Counted from the first letter of the whole stretch, positions 10,143 through 23,600 are shown. The stretch: DNA of 63,787 bases, filler included, from Craspedostauros australis (GCA_030167865.1; 8 parts of 8 records of this genome joined end to end with filler, not necessarily neighbours in it); one strand, 5' to 3'. Notes: generated by a model not told the origin, from the letters alone. Translations and numbers: made by a program.

Positions 10143-11730
10143 CATCGCGAAAAGCAAGATCGTGGTGCAGGATCGTCGAGCAGGATCGTGGAGAAAGCTA
10201 GCGAGTGGCAGGAAGAAGTCGAGCAAATGAATGTAGAGCATGGCGAACAAGGATGGCTTGGTGAAGGGAGGATCTTGGTTCTGGAGAGCAGATGAGCGGT
10301 GGATAAATGAAATGGATGCAGCGCAGATCGTATCTGTCGCCTGTCACTACCGTCAAGCATTTGGCAGTGAAATCATGCGACCACGAACGCTCGACTTGGG
10401 CTTGTGTAGATGCCACCGAATCTGAACTTCATGACAGAGTACTGCAGAGTACTATTCTACTTGTATTCAAGATATATTAGAGTATCATGTTGCTCTGCGC
10501 ATTTGTTGTGACTATTGGGTAGTACGAAAGGATTGCCTCTTGGCTTCATGAGGCCAGACCGCATGACTGTTTGGGCTGAGACGTACATGAATGCCACAGA
10601 ACAGTCGACGAACCTGTTCATCACAGTCGGACCACACACCAGCGAGGGCACAAAAGAGAAGCCGATGACTCAGCAGACCAGTTGTTGACATTTTGGTGGT
10701 GACACCTTCTGCTGCTTCTGCCAACCGTCCTTGTGTCTCTGGTGGCGCACCTGCAGATTGTTGTATTTTTGGGGCACCGATCGCAACCAAGACACGTGAA
10801 CAACACACACACATGCGCCCAATCCAACACGGAACAGAGGATAACGGCAGAGCGTGCCTCGCAAACACTGGCAACAGCGCGGCGTTCTGTGTTTGCCCTC
10901 GCGAAAAATTGGGAGAGTATTCGTCGTTGAGCTCAGAGTATCTTCTGTGCGCGTGTGGATGGAGCTCCCAACCAAAAAGGCTTTCGCTCCGATGTCAGCA
11001 GAACCAGCGATTTTGGCAAGAGACAAAATCACAAGAGAAGCCGCAAGGGAGAGCCTCGCCACCAACACTCTCTGACAATACACGTACACGCTACTATAGG
11101 CACTCCGCAATCAACCAAGGCGGGGCCACTCTCTCTCTCCCTCCGAAGAAGAACGGCGAAGTGAAGAGACACCACCCAGCAGCACTGCAATCATCATCTG
11201 GATCCAAGATCACAGCGCATCATTTCAGTCGCAAGAAGCGTCGAGCCTCTGTTATTGTACTATTAGTCGTCGGCTGCTTCCGAGAACAGAGCTCGCCGTT
11301 TCACAGTCAGCATCAGCTTCAGCTCATAGCTATCACCCCAAACTCTTTCCATACGCGTCCCACACACCATTGCTCCGCCTGTGTCCCACTTGGTCTTGAT
11401 GATAGCAACATAGACGAAGACAGCAAGGCCGAGGAGATTCCGGTGAGGGAGAATCATCCCATTCCATTCCTGGATTCGACGATTGATCCACGATCTCTCC
11501 CGCTCTCGCCATTCCTTTTCCTTTCAGGATCAGCGCATTCCACCGAGAGAAGGGACTTCTTGACACGCAGCGTGCTTTCAACATCTGGCTACAATCCGAT
11601 CTTTTTGCTTGAGCACCCACGTTCGCATCAGCCCGCCTGCAAAGAGATCAATCCCAGGCAACAGGCAACAGGCAACAGCACTGATCAACAGAAGTGCAGC
11701 ACAAACACATTGGCAACACTCCACCATATC

Positions 11731-14700
11731 ATGGATCAATCAATGACAGAGTCGGCGTCCGCGATGAAACGCAGCCGGCACAGCATCAGCGGAAGTGACA
11801 GCGCAAGCATGAGCGAGAACACAAGCGCGAGCGCAGGTGGAAACGTAACTGGAAGTATGGCGAACACCACTGGAACCAACAGTGCCAGTAGGAGCAACTC
11901 GCGAAGACGCAATGATAGGGTGGTAGATACGGCAAGCTCCGTCCTCACCGAATCGACCAAGCACAACAGCCTGTCAGCCTCGGAAACCTCGTTGTACAGC
12001 ACATTCAAGACCGGAGACAGTTCGGCAGCAATATCGGCGCTGACTTCAGCATCAACAGGAACAGCAATATCAACGGCAATATCAACGCCAATACCAGCTA
12101 CGGCCTTAGCCTTCGATTTGTCACTACGCAGCGCTCGACGAGACGCAGGGGACACTGATGCTTCTTCCCCCATCCGGTTCCCCATGGCATTGCAATGCGT
12201 CAACGCCTTCCCTCGCTTACCCAAACACACTTACGATAGGGACCATCCGCGCGAAAGTCATCATCTCAGGTGGAAGTCTGCCGTGCGCCAGCTCCTCTTC
12301 CGAGTTCTCTTGGGTGGTGTTCTCGGTGGCATGGTCTCATTTTTCATCTTACAAGCCATCTTGTCAATAAACCCACAAGCCTTGGCTGGATTCATGAGAG
12401 CACCGTGTCCCGGCAACACATGCTCTGCAATGTCCAGCCCGCAAGAAACACCAATGCATCACACAGAAATTGAGACTTCGGGGATCATGTCCTACCTATC
12501 TTTATCCAGGTTTGGACGTAATCAACGTGACTATCACGCCCAAAGCGCACACTCGCAATTCGACAGCAATCGGCTTCTGGAGACTCAAGACACGGAACGA
12601 ATAAAGCTGCCGTACCAAACCCTGAAGCCCATTCAGCAGCACCAACATCCGCACTCGCGTTCAAAGAGACAACTCTCGTCACCGCCGCATGACCCCGAAT
12701 TGGTGATCGCCGGAAAGATGTCCGTCGAAGATGCGCCCTGCAACATCGCGCAGCTCAATCTGCGCACCAACAAATGGAGTCTCACGCAACGCATCCAGCT
12801 CAGTCTGTACAACTCGTACTCGGGAGGCGAAGTCTATTCCTTGCTTGCCAATCACACCAATGGAGGCAGGACCGAAGACAAAGAAGACCAGGAGAGGTAT
12901 GTATGTTCGAGCTACTCTTGCCCATGGGGTGGTGTTCGCAGGGCAGTCGTCTTCAGATCTCCGGTCACGCCATTTCGACGAACGCTTTCGCTTGTGATTG
13001 TGATTGTGCTTAGTGTGCCGCTTTTTCTGACAACGACGTGTGCCACTCCATTCCTGTTCGTTCACACTTTCTGTTCGTTTGCCCTTCCGCTCTGCTCTAC
13101 TCTCTTCTTTCGTACGTATTTCTCACTCTTTTCATGTCTGCCCCTTCGATGACTCTACGATCATCTGCCCAACTCCACTGTACTCCTATTCTTCGCTTTA
13201 TTTCCCGACTCTACGCATGTTCGGAACGCCGTACAGCTATCACTCAAATGGCAGCGGCGAACTGGTCGTGGTGGGCGCGTTCGATACGACCTACAGAAAC
13301 AGCCAGGTCACGTACTGCTCGGTTGGCAAATGGAATGGGATGATGCTGTCCAAGGTCGGCGAGGGTCTGTGCAACTCCGCTTTATCGAAGGGCATGAAGA
13401 TCACCACGGTTGCGCTTGCCGGACCGCAGGATGTCTACGTTGCCGGATCTTTCCAAACGCAGGTATGGAACGGCGACCTCCACAAGTTTGTCAAGATATT
13501 CAACATTGCGCATTTTAACGCAGTCGATCAGATGTGGTCTCCGCTCCAAATTGGACAAATCACATGCTCATGGTGCACCGTCACAGTCCTGGCCTTGGCA
13601 TGGGATCCCAAGCGCGACCAGCTCCATGTGGCTGGCAAATTCAATTCCATCGACGGATGCAATGTCCCGGCAGGATTGGCGATCTACGACCGAAAGTCCG
13701 GACACCTGGTGGCCCATCCCGGCGGTGGACTGTCGATGAAGAACACGACGCAGGATGGCGTGGGAACAGCATTGCAGCTCGACGCGGAGGCCGGTGTGCT
13801 ATACGTCATGGGATCCTTTGAACGACTGACAAAAACGAATGAAATATGCTTGGGCTTAGCTGCGTATGAAATCGCGCGGGACACGTGGACGTGCTTGGCA
13901 GACGATACGCACACGGTGCAACCGACGGGTGGTGGGAACATGCTCCTCACACCGTACGGGTTAATGGTGGCAGGCAAGACAACGGACACGTCCACGTGGC
14001 CTGACGCTTCCAGACCCTACACGATCGCCTTGCTGAATGCAACGTCGAAATCGTCCCTGTCGCCCCTATCACAACACAGCAAGCAGCAGAAGCCGTACAA
14101 CTACGATTTCCATGACGATGACAGCACCAACGATGGCAAGTCGCATGATTTCCAGTGGTCGTGGCTTCCTGGGTTCGAGGGTCACGAAGAGCCGTTACAT
14201 GCCCTGACAAATGGATTTGGTGATTACTACGGAACCGTTTTCATCGCAGGCGATGATCTGGTTGCGAAATGGACGCTTGAGACCAAGCAACCATCCAGCA
14301 ACAACGAGAACAACCGCGTGCTGGAGTCGCTTGGCAGGAAACTAGGGAATTCCAACACCGGGTCCAAGTCGGAGTACGTCCCTGTCACGGAAGTTCTCTC
14401 CACTGGACACGTGACAGGTGCCGTCATGACGATATCTCAAATGATGCCAGAACCGGAGTTCGTCCCGCTGCCTCAGGCCGGCGTGAACGTTACCATCATC
14501 ATCTACTGCGTCGCAGCTGGCTGCGTGATCGGCATGCTCGGCGCCATACTTTGCAATCGGAATCTCTCGTCCGCCATCTTCAAACGCAGCGGGAGCTCCG
14601 AATCCCATCTGAGGGGCATCTCGTTGGACACGCTCACCTACAGCGCCGTCGAGAACAGCGACATCACGCAAGCCTACGAGCGAGCAATGAGGACGAGGTA

Positions 14701-15721
14701 CGTGCACCACCCGCACCTCCTCACCATCATCAACCCGCAGGAAATATTCTTGCAGCGGATCATCGGAGAAGGGAATTTCGGGCGCGTTTGGAGTGCCAAG
14801 TGGCGTAGCTCCAACGTCGCCGTCAAGGAGTTCGTCTTTGCGCAGGCCGCAGTCGCGGGAAGATCCTGCATGCAGCGCGAGATCATCGAAGAGATCATCG
14901 GGGAGGCTGGCATGATGGCGATGCTGCGGCATCCCAACGTGTTGCATCTGTTCGGCTGTTCGCTTACAGCCCAGGCCATCTGGATCGTGAGCGAGCTATG
15001 CTCTCTTGGGAGCTTGCGGCAACTGTTGGATGACGACGAACGGTCATTGCCCGAGGAACTCCGTCTCAACATTGCTCTGCAGGTTGCGGCAGGGATGACG
15101 TACCTTCACAACCAAGATCCACCGATCATTCACCGCGATTTGAAGAGTCACAACATCTTTGTGCACGAAACGCCCACAGAATCCGAACACGGCAAGAATG
15201 ACAGCGAGGACATGCGGAATGGCGCATCAAAATCTGCCCAGTGGGCCAAGCCTTCGAAGATGTCGGCCGGATCCACGATCGTGGCAAAGATAGGTGATTG
15301 GGGATCTGCTCGAGCCACTCTGTCCGGATCGAGAACGATGACGCACAGCGTTGGAACGGCATGCTGGCTGGCCCCCGAAGTCATCAAGCATGCTCGATCA
15401 TCCAAGTACAGTGATGTGTACGGCTACGGCATCGTTCTGTGGGAATTGGCAACGCGGGAGGAGGTCTACCAAGGTTTGGAGACAACACAGATCATCGCCA
15501 AGGTCGCGAACGACAACCTGCGCCCGCCTGTTCCTGAGAAGTGCCCGTGGAAGAACCTGATGGTGCAGTGCTGGGAGGAAGCTCCTCAGGATCGATTGGA
15601 TTTCAATGAAATCGTCCTCGAGCTTAACCATCTCATCGATCAGGTGGACGACAAGAACAGATCACCTCGACATTACGCGCAACCATTGGTGACTGAACAC
15701 ACGCCGCTGGTGCTGCGGTGA
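11731..15721 (+). CDS. Receptor-like tyrosine-kinase-like (TKL) protein kinase with beta-propeller ectodomain; exons 11731-12896 and 13237-15721
   Basis: Intron GTATGT...TACAG (12897-13236) joins ORFs 10693 and 13040 in frame. Two hydrophobic TM segments. Kinase motifs GEGNFG, VAVK, HRDLKSHN, DWG, GTACWLAPE, DVYGYGIVLWE. Confidence 0.88.
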
Positions 15722-16275
15722 ATCCTGTCTGTCGCAGGTAGAGTACGCAAGTCAACTCCGCGACATGATGAGCTCAGTGCAAAACGGAGGTCAACCAACC
15801 GCCCTGATCACTGGCCGGCTCAAGAACGACTTTCCTTTCTCCACACAAGCGCGTCCATCCGTCCATCGCTCCACCCAACAACTGATTGTTTTGGATTGGC
15901 CGGCCGGAGTGTGCAATTGCGCAGGCAAAATGTCGAGAGTCGTCATTCAGCACTCAACGAACACACAACTAGCACGCAACTGGGTCAAAGAACAGCACCA
16001 CGGAACAATTTCGGAACACGGATGCGCAAAGGAACCGCGCCATCTCACAGAGGCCGCGATGCTCTATCTTTGTCTCGACTAATGTAGATACTCTTTTCCA
16101 TCCATTCCGATTCCTTGTACAGCTGCGACAACAAGTTACTGGACTGGACAATCGCGCCATGGTACGAGTGCTCCCTAATACTCTACATGAATGATGATCG
16201 CTGACATGAGGCATGGAGGACTCTGTAACGTTGCTCCAAGCATTGTGCTCCACCATTTTTGTCTGTGTTATTCGT

Positions 16276-19200
16276 TCATTCATCATCGTCAAGTTCGAGG
16301 GTTGCGATCAGGATACCTGCGAAACGCTCCACCTCCCCGATAATGCCAAGTTGCTTTGCGGCTGGACCAGCATCACCATTGCTCTTTTGTCGCTTGGCCG
16401 TGGGTTCATCCGTTGCGCCTGGTGCCATCGCGGGTGCTTGGAAGGTCGTCATGACGCAGCCTGTGCGGTTTGGCAGCGCGTGTGGACTGTCCACATTGAC
16501 CTTCATGTTGACGGGATATAGAGTCAGCGCGCCCGTATTCACTGAACAGCAAATGCCGAATTGCTCTTGCTCCGTGTGCGCTTGCTTCTTCTTTTCACCA
16601 TCACGTGTGAGGAACGATCTTTCAATCAGATTTTGCTCCACGAGGATGGCGAGCGGAGGGATGGGGAGCAAGGCAATGCCATCTAGAGCCTTCAACGGGT
16701 CCCCCGCCATGTCGGGACTCGCCATGATGCCAGCGGAGATATGGAACGCCATGGACGACAGTCCGTAAACGGCCGCCATGCCGCAGCATGTGATCATGGA
16801 GACGGTGGAATCGGAGCATGCATTCTGAATGGATCGATCGCGCAGCTTGGAGGCTTGGTCGTTGATGTCGTCCCAGGAACCGCCGACGCCAACGCGCTGT
16901 CCCAGAACATTCATGGATCGCGACAGACTTTCGAAGGCATCGCGCACGGCCCGGCCTGCGGTGGATGTCGCGACTCTGCCACGCCGGTGATGGGCAATGT
17001 TCGCCACGCGCAACGCCGTGGATTCCGTGGCCTTCAGGTCGTTGCACGCCATCAGCTGGAGCAAGCGCGATCCTCGCGAGAAGGTGGGGATGAACTGCCC
17101 AGTGCGCGCATCGCAGCTCAGCCGGAAGAGAATTGCCGGCTCATGATCGTCGCTGCTGTTGCTGCCGCTGATGCCATGATAGCTCACACGAGCCGCAACA
17201 GCGATGCTTCCACGCTCCAAATGCAACGACATCCACTTCGGAAGCGCGGAGTTGGAAAGCGATTCGACAACCGCTGCGCAACGACGCTCTGCGCAAAGCT
17301 GGGTTGCCGCCAACAAGGCCGCAGATGCCGACAAGGAGAACGGATTCGAGGTTGCTCCCAGTAGTTCTTCGATTATGGAGGATATGTGCGTTTCCGACTT
17401 GCCAGCTTCGAGGACGCTCTCCGCGCCACTGAGGGACACGCGGATTCCGTGCTGAACTTCGGCCCGAACGGTCAAGGCCAGATAGTTTCTGGGCAACCTG
17501 GAGGCGGCGCCACCCGTTGCGGACAATGTTGTGCGCACCGACGACGACGCGACCGACTGCTGATCAGCCGCAGCCGGTGGGTCCAGCTCCTCCGTCAACA
17601 GATCGCTCATTCGCGGTGCACCGTAGCGATCATCGACCGTCCAGAAGGAGATGGTGACGCTGCCGAGGACGTCCTTTGATTTCTGTCTTTGCTGCGGCTG
17701 TTCGTTGAACTCGACGGGCGTTACGACGATCATGCTGTTTGCTTGGCCTGTTGGGGATGACCATAGTCCGACCTTGCGCAGAGATTGTGCCTGTGCGGAT
17801 AGGATCTCAAGCTGCCACGAGAGCTGAAACGTATGCGTCATTTGGAAAAGTGCTCCCAGCGGTTGTGCGATGGATGCCAGAGTCGAAGTCTCCAGCACCG
17901 TCGACGCGTTAGCAGCGTCCGAGCTGGTTGCTTTTTGTTTCTTGGCATTGCGAGCCTTATGGGCTTTGACCTCTTCTCGTGACATGGCTAATGCACAGAG
18001 GCGATGCAGGTCGTAGCGTTGACGGTTGGAGGTTTCCAATTGATGGTTGGATTCACCAGTGCGAGCGGAAGCATTGATGTCCACGCTGAGCAGCGTCCAT
18101 GCGGGGCTTTCATTCGTGGATAGTACCGTGAGGATGGCCTCGATGGGGTATATCTGCTTGGTCTTGCCACCACGCTTCTTGGTACCATTTTGCTCCTCGA
18201 AGTTGTTGTTGTTGCTGTTGTTGTTGCTGTTGTTGGTGTTGCCGCTTGCATTCATGGGATCGCTATCTGTGCCTTGCTCACCGTTGTTGGTTGTTGCATC
18301 GGGGTCATCGACGGAGGAATGCTCGGAGATGGTGACGGTCTTTGGCTGGCCATGCGTGAGACGAACTATGCCACCTCGCAGCGAGATCTTCCACTGGCGT
18401 CTCTGTGCATGAAGGAGAGGCTGATGAACGAGCATCCCAACCTCGCCGCGGACGAGCTTGTCGCGCACCGCCATGTGCCATCTCTCCTTGAGCTCCTCAA
18501 GCGACCACGAATCCTCCGGTGACCCGTCGTACCGATCCGTTTTTAGTCGCAGGTCCTGCGGCAGGTCGTACCAGAATTGCTGGTTGAAATCAAATGGCTT
18601 GTCAAAGTCGTCGGCTGTCAATGCTGGTCCATGCGCTGCTCCCTGTTTTGCATCGCCATTCGCGCCGGTTGCAGCCTCCACCGAAGTTGGCTTCTTTTTA
18701 TCCACATCCATCCCAGCATCAGCGTCAACATGAGCATCAGTAGTATTGGTGATATTCGTGGGATCATCAGTCACACTACCACCGGCACCAGTACTATCGC
18801 CAATAGCAGCAGCTTTGCTTCCACCCGACGTTGTGCTGTTGGCTGCTCCAGACGATTGTTGATGGGACAAGCGGGAGGGGCCGGACAACAGCACATCGCA
18901 CGCTCCGTACACATCGTGCGGCGCCTGCCTGGCCGGGAAGAGCTGCGCATGAAAGAAGTACATCGCATCCTGGGCTTCGTCGGCCTGCGTCCATGCGGTC
19001 CGCGCATGCTGCAGCGCGCGCGTGGAGACCTTGGTGATCTCCCCGAACTCGGTGGAGGCTTCGGCCGCTGTGAGGGCGGCCACATGCGTGAGCATCTTGC
19101 CATGCTGCGCCAAACGCGCGGATATCTCGTGACGGCGCTGCGCGAAGGACAGGTTGGCCAGCTTCTCCTTGCGCGTCGTTGCCGCCAGCATGTCCGGTAT

Positions 19201-19503
19201 CTGCGGCTGCGCTTGTCCTGGCGGCTGCCCTTGGGTCTGTCCCTGCTGCGGTTGCTGCTGCTGCTGGGCTTCATCCGCGTCGCCTTCGCCGTCCTGGTTG
19301 GCGGCCTGCGCAGAGATGACCTCCAGCTCCCCGTGCGCCATCTGGTAGAGGTCGTTGTACAGGCCATCTGTGGAGGCCAGCAGCACCGACAGCAGAGGGG
19401 CCGTGAGCAACGAGCCATCTTCCGGATTCAGCGACAGCTCCAGCTTCCTGGGGACCACCTCCTGGCCGTTGCCCTGCGTTGCTCCGTACATGTGCTGGCT
19501 CAT
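16276..19503 (-). CDS. MED14: Mediator of RNA polymerase II transcription subunit 14-like
   Basis: The N-terminal region (LYNDL...RKEKL...ADEAQDAMYFFHAQLFPARQAPHDVYGACDVLLSG) fits the Med14 N-terminal AR.P.D...A.DVL.G pattern. Long intronless ORF with Q/N-rich insertions. Confidence 0.72.
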   Translation of the reverse strand: MSQHMYGATQGNGQEVVPRKLELSLNPEDGSLLTAPLLSVLLASTDGLYNDLYQMAHGELEVISAQAANQDGEGDADEAQQQQQPQQGQTQGQPPGQAQPQIPDMLAATTRKEKLANLSFAQRRHEISARLAQHGKMLTHVAALTAAEASTEFGEITKVSTRALQHARTAWTQADEAQDAMYFFHAQLFPARQAPHDVYGACDVLLSGPSRLSHQQSSGAANSTTSGGSKAAAIGDSTGAGGSVTDDPTNITNTTDAHVDADAGMDVDKKKPTSVEAATGANGDAKQGAAHGPALTADDFDKPFDFNQQFWYDLPQDLRLKTDRYDGSPEDSWSLEELKERWHMAVRDKLVRGEVGMLVHQPLLHAQRRQWKISLRGGIVRLTHGQPKTVTISEHSSVDDPDATTNNGEQGTDSDPMNASGNTNNSNNNSNNNNFEEQNGTKKRGGKTKQIYPIEAILTVLSTNESPAWTLLSVDINASARTGESNHQLETSNRQRYDLHRLCALAMSREEVKAHKARNAKKQKATSSDAANASTVLETSTLASIAQPLGALFQMTHTFQLSWQLEILSAQAQSLRKVGLWSSPTGQANSMIVVTPVEFNEQPQQRQKSKDVLGSVTISFWTVDDRYGAPRMSDLLTEELDPPAAADQQSVASSSVRTTLSATGGAASRLPRNYLALTVRAEVQHGIRVSLSGAESVLEAGKSETHISSIIEELLGATSNPFSLSASAALLAATQLCAERRCAAVVESLSNSALPKWMSLHLERGSIAVAARVSYHGISGSNSSDDHEPAILFRLSCDARTGQFIPTFSRGSRLLQLMACNDLKATESTALRVANIAHHRRGRVATSTAGRAVRDAFESLSRSMNVLGQRVGVGGSWDDINDQASKLRDRSIQNACSDSTVSMITCCGMAAVYGLSSMAFHISAGIMASPDMAGDPLKALDGIALLPIPPLAILVEQNLIERSFLTRDGEKKKQAHTEQEQFGICCSVNTGALTLYPVNMKVNVDSPHALPNRTGCVMTTFQAPAMAPGATDEPTAKRQKSNGDAGPAAKQLGIIGEVERFAGILIATLELDDDE

Positions 19504-20243
19504 CCTTGCGTCAATTCAATCGCGGGGGTTCTCTATTGCTTCTTGATGTGGTCGAACGCTGTGGTATCGATCCGCAAAGGGAAAGCGTACAGCAGATTGC
19601 GAGCTGGGACGGATTGGGTCGAATATGTAGCCGTACGACTACGAGGTATGTAGATGATGAAGCGTCGCTTCTGCTCGCACTTCCTTTGCCTCCGTCTTCA
19701 AAATCGGCTATCACAATCACAGACCCACCGTCTTCCGTGTCCACTTGCTTCTATCTGCGTCTTGTGAAAGTTCTGGACTGCTTTGCTGCCTCACTGTCTC
19801 GATGCGCCGCCGCTACTCGATCTGTCTTACAGCAGTGATGTCCTGTGGCACACCGCAAACGACATGATCTTGTTGCGGTGGCCACGGACGCCGAAAGATC
19901 AGCTCACCTCCCTCCACACGATCTCCGCACGGTGTGATCTGCCAAACGTGGGAGTTGCGGCAATCGAAATAAGCTACACTCACGACTCATCTGTTTCTCG
20001 GATTCGATCGTTTTGGTGTGTTGGCTACTCGTGTCGGTCCGCGAATTGGCAAAGCGCACCGGACGTTTGACAGACGGCCAGCGAGCGAAGGCAAACGAAT
20101 CGACCTTCGCCAGCGTGGTCCTCTTGTTGGCGCGCGAGATTTTGCCTTGTTGCCAACGTATGCGCAATGGAATGTTGGAGGAAGCACCGCGAGATGCTCG
20201 TCGTGCGAGTACCCTTCGCGCTCACCGTCAGTATGCAGCATGC

Positions 20244-20267
20244 TTGGTTGGTTGGTTGGTTGGTTGG
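20244..20267. repeat. (TTGG)6 microsatellite in the divergent MED14/EDC4 intergenic region
   Basis: Directly visible tandem tetranucleotide. Confidence 0.9.
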
Positions 20268-20620
20268 ATCTTCACAATCTCAAACCAAGTGACCACATGA
20301 GAGAGTTGCAATTCACACCATCACTGTACCAATAGTCGTACGTCGAACACAATACTTTGCATCAGCAAAGCTCAGCGATCAATAACAAGTCGAGGCAGAG
20401 GCCAAAGTCCAGCAAGTATTATATTGTATAATAGAATATAACACAATACAATCGAAGCCGATCGAGCTCGGAGGAACCCACCGAGTTTGCCATCGCAGCC
20501 ACGCTCGGCCGTATCTGGATTGGTGAAAGCAATCAAGGAATCAAACAACAAAGTAAGAAAGCCAAAGAGGAAGACAACAGAGAAGAATTGGCCACCACCA
20601 CCACCATCAATATCACCATC

Positions 20621-23600
20621 ATGGCTTCAGCAACGAAGACGGAGCCGTTCGGCACTACGCCGCTGCCAACCTGCGACGCCAACGGCAAGCCCGTGAAGGT
20701 GACCTTCGATCCGGAGAAGGCCATGTCCATCGCGCAGCAGCCGCAGACGCAGCAGATCGCGGTGTACGAGTCGCCGCTCAACGAGGAATGCATCAACAAC
20801 AACCTCCTTGACGTCAACCAGCACTTCTGCGTCTACGCAGTCAAGAATGGCCTCATCCGCGTGCTGCATCGTCACTCCTCCTTGCGGGCCCTGCTGCGGG
20901 GCCACTCCAAGCAGCAGGTCACGGACATCCGCTTCTTCCTGGACGGCGACGTCCTCGGGTCCGTCGGCCACTCCGCCGAGAAGTCCACCATCCTCATCTG
21001 GCGCATCTTCGAGCAGTCGGAGGACATCGGCTGCGAGACCCTGCTCGAGATCTCCACGTCCTCCTTCACCATGGAGAAGATCATCTGGCACCTCTTCAAC
21101 CCCAACCAGTTCTGGATGATCCACACCACCGACAACGCCGATGCCGATGCCAAGCAGATGGTGGCCACCCTCGTGGAGACCACGAAGATCCAGACCACAG
21201 CGCATCCAACCGACAACCACGCCCTGTGCCACATCGCGCCGGGCGAGTGCATCATGGACGGGGCCGTGCAGATCTCCGCCCCCTCCTCCATGGCCGCCGG
21301 ATCCTCCATCAAGGACCTGTGCTTCAGCGGACGCGACTCGAGGCACGTCCTCACCGTCCATGACTCCGGCGACATCGTGCTGTGGGATTTGAAGGAGCTG
21401 GACAACAGCCGCTCCAACCTCACGCCGTCGGGTGCCTCCACTGTCACGCCCAAGATGCTCACCATCATTCACCAGGACGCGCCGCAGACACGGTGCTTCT
21501 TCCTGCCGCATGAATTCACCATCGAGCAGCATCCCAACGGCGTTCCAAGCGATGATGCGGCCATCACCACGTGCTTCGTCACCGCCGAAAACAACAACAC
21601 CGTCATGACCATCTGGTCCTCCTTCACGGAGCGCCGCATGCATCCCACCAAGCTGCAGGTCATCAGTCTGGAGAATGCATCTCCATCGTACATCCTCGAT
21701 CTGTGCTTCGGACCAGCGCCACAGGACGCGTCTCCGCCATCCTGCTTCCTCCTAGCGGGCGACAGGCACAAAGGAAAGCTCATGGCCTTCCACGTCCGGT
21801 CCATGTGGAACAAGGGCGAAGGATCGCAGAAGAAGGCGCTGTGCGTGGGATCCGACTACGTCGTGCCGTTCACGCAGCATTACCCCACCTACTCCTGGTC
21901 CGTCGTCTGCAGCCCGACCACCGATATTTCGGAGGAGCAGCTGCAGGAACAGGCCGGACTGATCTTTGACATGAAGCTCTTCGGCTATCAATCCAAGGCC
22001 ATTCAGTGCCTCACCCTCACCAGCTACATGTGTCTGCCACCAGAGAACCCCTGGTCGGAGGCCACTGTTGGAGTTCACGTGGAGCCTCTCTCGGCGTCCG
22101 GCGCAACCGTCGGCGCCAGCGATTTCCCAGAACCTCCGACGACCACGCCTGCCGACTTGCCCCAGGTCACCGACATAGCTGCCAACCTGGCCAAACTCGA
22201 ATTCGCCGAGGAGTACGACGTCGAGGATGACGATGGCGTTGCCGACGACGATGATGGTGACGATGAGGACAGCACGAACGATATCGCTGCTCCGGATCCC
22301 AACAGCCTTCCGCCACCCGACATGAGCGGTACCGACATGGGGTACAACGCAGGCATGACGGGCGTCAACAATCCGTTTGCCAACTGGTTGGGAGCCATGG
22401 CTGCGCAGAGCTCGTCCACGCAGCCTCCACCTCCTGGTCTCGTTCCAGCTCCAGCAGACCCTGCCATCGTCTCAACCACGCCCGATGCCGGGATTATCCC
22501 CTTGGCTGCGCAGCCGCAGGGTCTCATGCCAGCACCAACCCCCAACGACATGCGTGCGCCATCCGTGTCATCCACCACAAGCTCGCAGCAGTTCCTGTCT
22601 CCGTTGGATCTTCTCAAGGGTGTTGCCCCCATGGCAACGCCGGCACCGACACCAACTCCTGCTCCTGTCACCCCATCGAAGAAGGAGTCGAAGAAATCGA
22701 AGAAGTCAGATAAGAGCGGATCGCAAGCAAACAGCAGCAGCAGCAACAACAACAACACGAAGGGGCGCAAGGGAAAGAACAACAACAAGTCGGACAGCAA
22801 TGCAAAGTCACCGTTCCCAGACGGAAAGATTTCAATCCTCAAACCCAACAGAGGGGACGGCGCGAACGGCAGCGCCAAGACTGCAGGGCAGACAGTGCCA
22901 ACGGTACCAACAGCAGCACCAGCAGTCGGCACAGCAACCACATCTCAAACGATGCAGACCAACGTGTCGCAGATTGCTGCATTACCAGCCGTGACAGCCG
23001 CAGCTCCCGGGCCATCTACAAGCGAAATCGAGGACATGATGATCCGGTGTCTGGATGTACAATTCGACAAACAGCAGACCTTCATCGTGAGCCAGGTCAA
23101 GTCCGCAGTGAAGACCGAGGTGGAGAACCGCGTGATCCCCGCCATGCAAAAGGTCGTCAGAGACTCGCTGTCATCGTCAGTGCTGCGCCCGATTCAGTCC
23201 TCCGTGGACAAGCTCTCCCAAGCGGGCGTCAAGGTCAACAAGAAGGACTTCGCAGCTGCTGTGGCCTCCAGTGCAGAGGAACCGGTGAAGCATGCCATGG
23301 CTGACAGCGTGCGCAATGTCATGGTGCCTGCACTGGAATCCATCGCCAGCCAGATCACAGCCAAAGTGGTGGAAAGCATCCCGCAGCCGCCACCACAGGA
23401 CACGCAGAAGTTGCAAGATTTGACCGGACAATTGACGGCGATGGGCGATATCATCAAGAAGATGTCCGCCGAGATGCAGGAGCTCAAGCAAACTCTCGCA
23501 ACCAACCAGGCAGCCGCAGCGCAGACCGCCAGTGCCAGATCGTTGCCTGTCGGACAGCAGGCGCCACCTCCGGCCCAGCACAGCAAAGTGAACAAGCTGG

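Noticed and set aside
10693..11730. N-terminal extension of the 819-aa ORF
   Set aside because: It has a non-ATG start and UTR-like composition. The first plausible ATG in context is 11731, although an upstream exon cannot be excluded.
12897..13236. Hydrophobic C-terminus of ORF 10693-13152 and N-terminus of ORF 13040-15721
   Set aside because: Both are translations of a pyrimidine-rich GT-AG intron.
18577..22941. Long antisense ORFs over MED14 and EDC4 (similar ones over TCP1, SCS-beta, the MFS genes and gag)
   Set aside because: They are expected shadows of GC3-biased coding sequence and carry no recognisable motifs.
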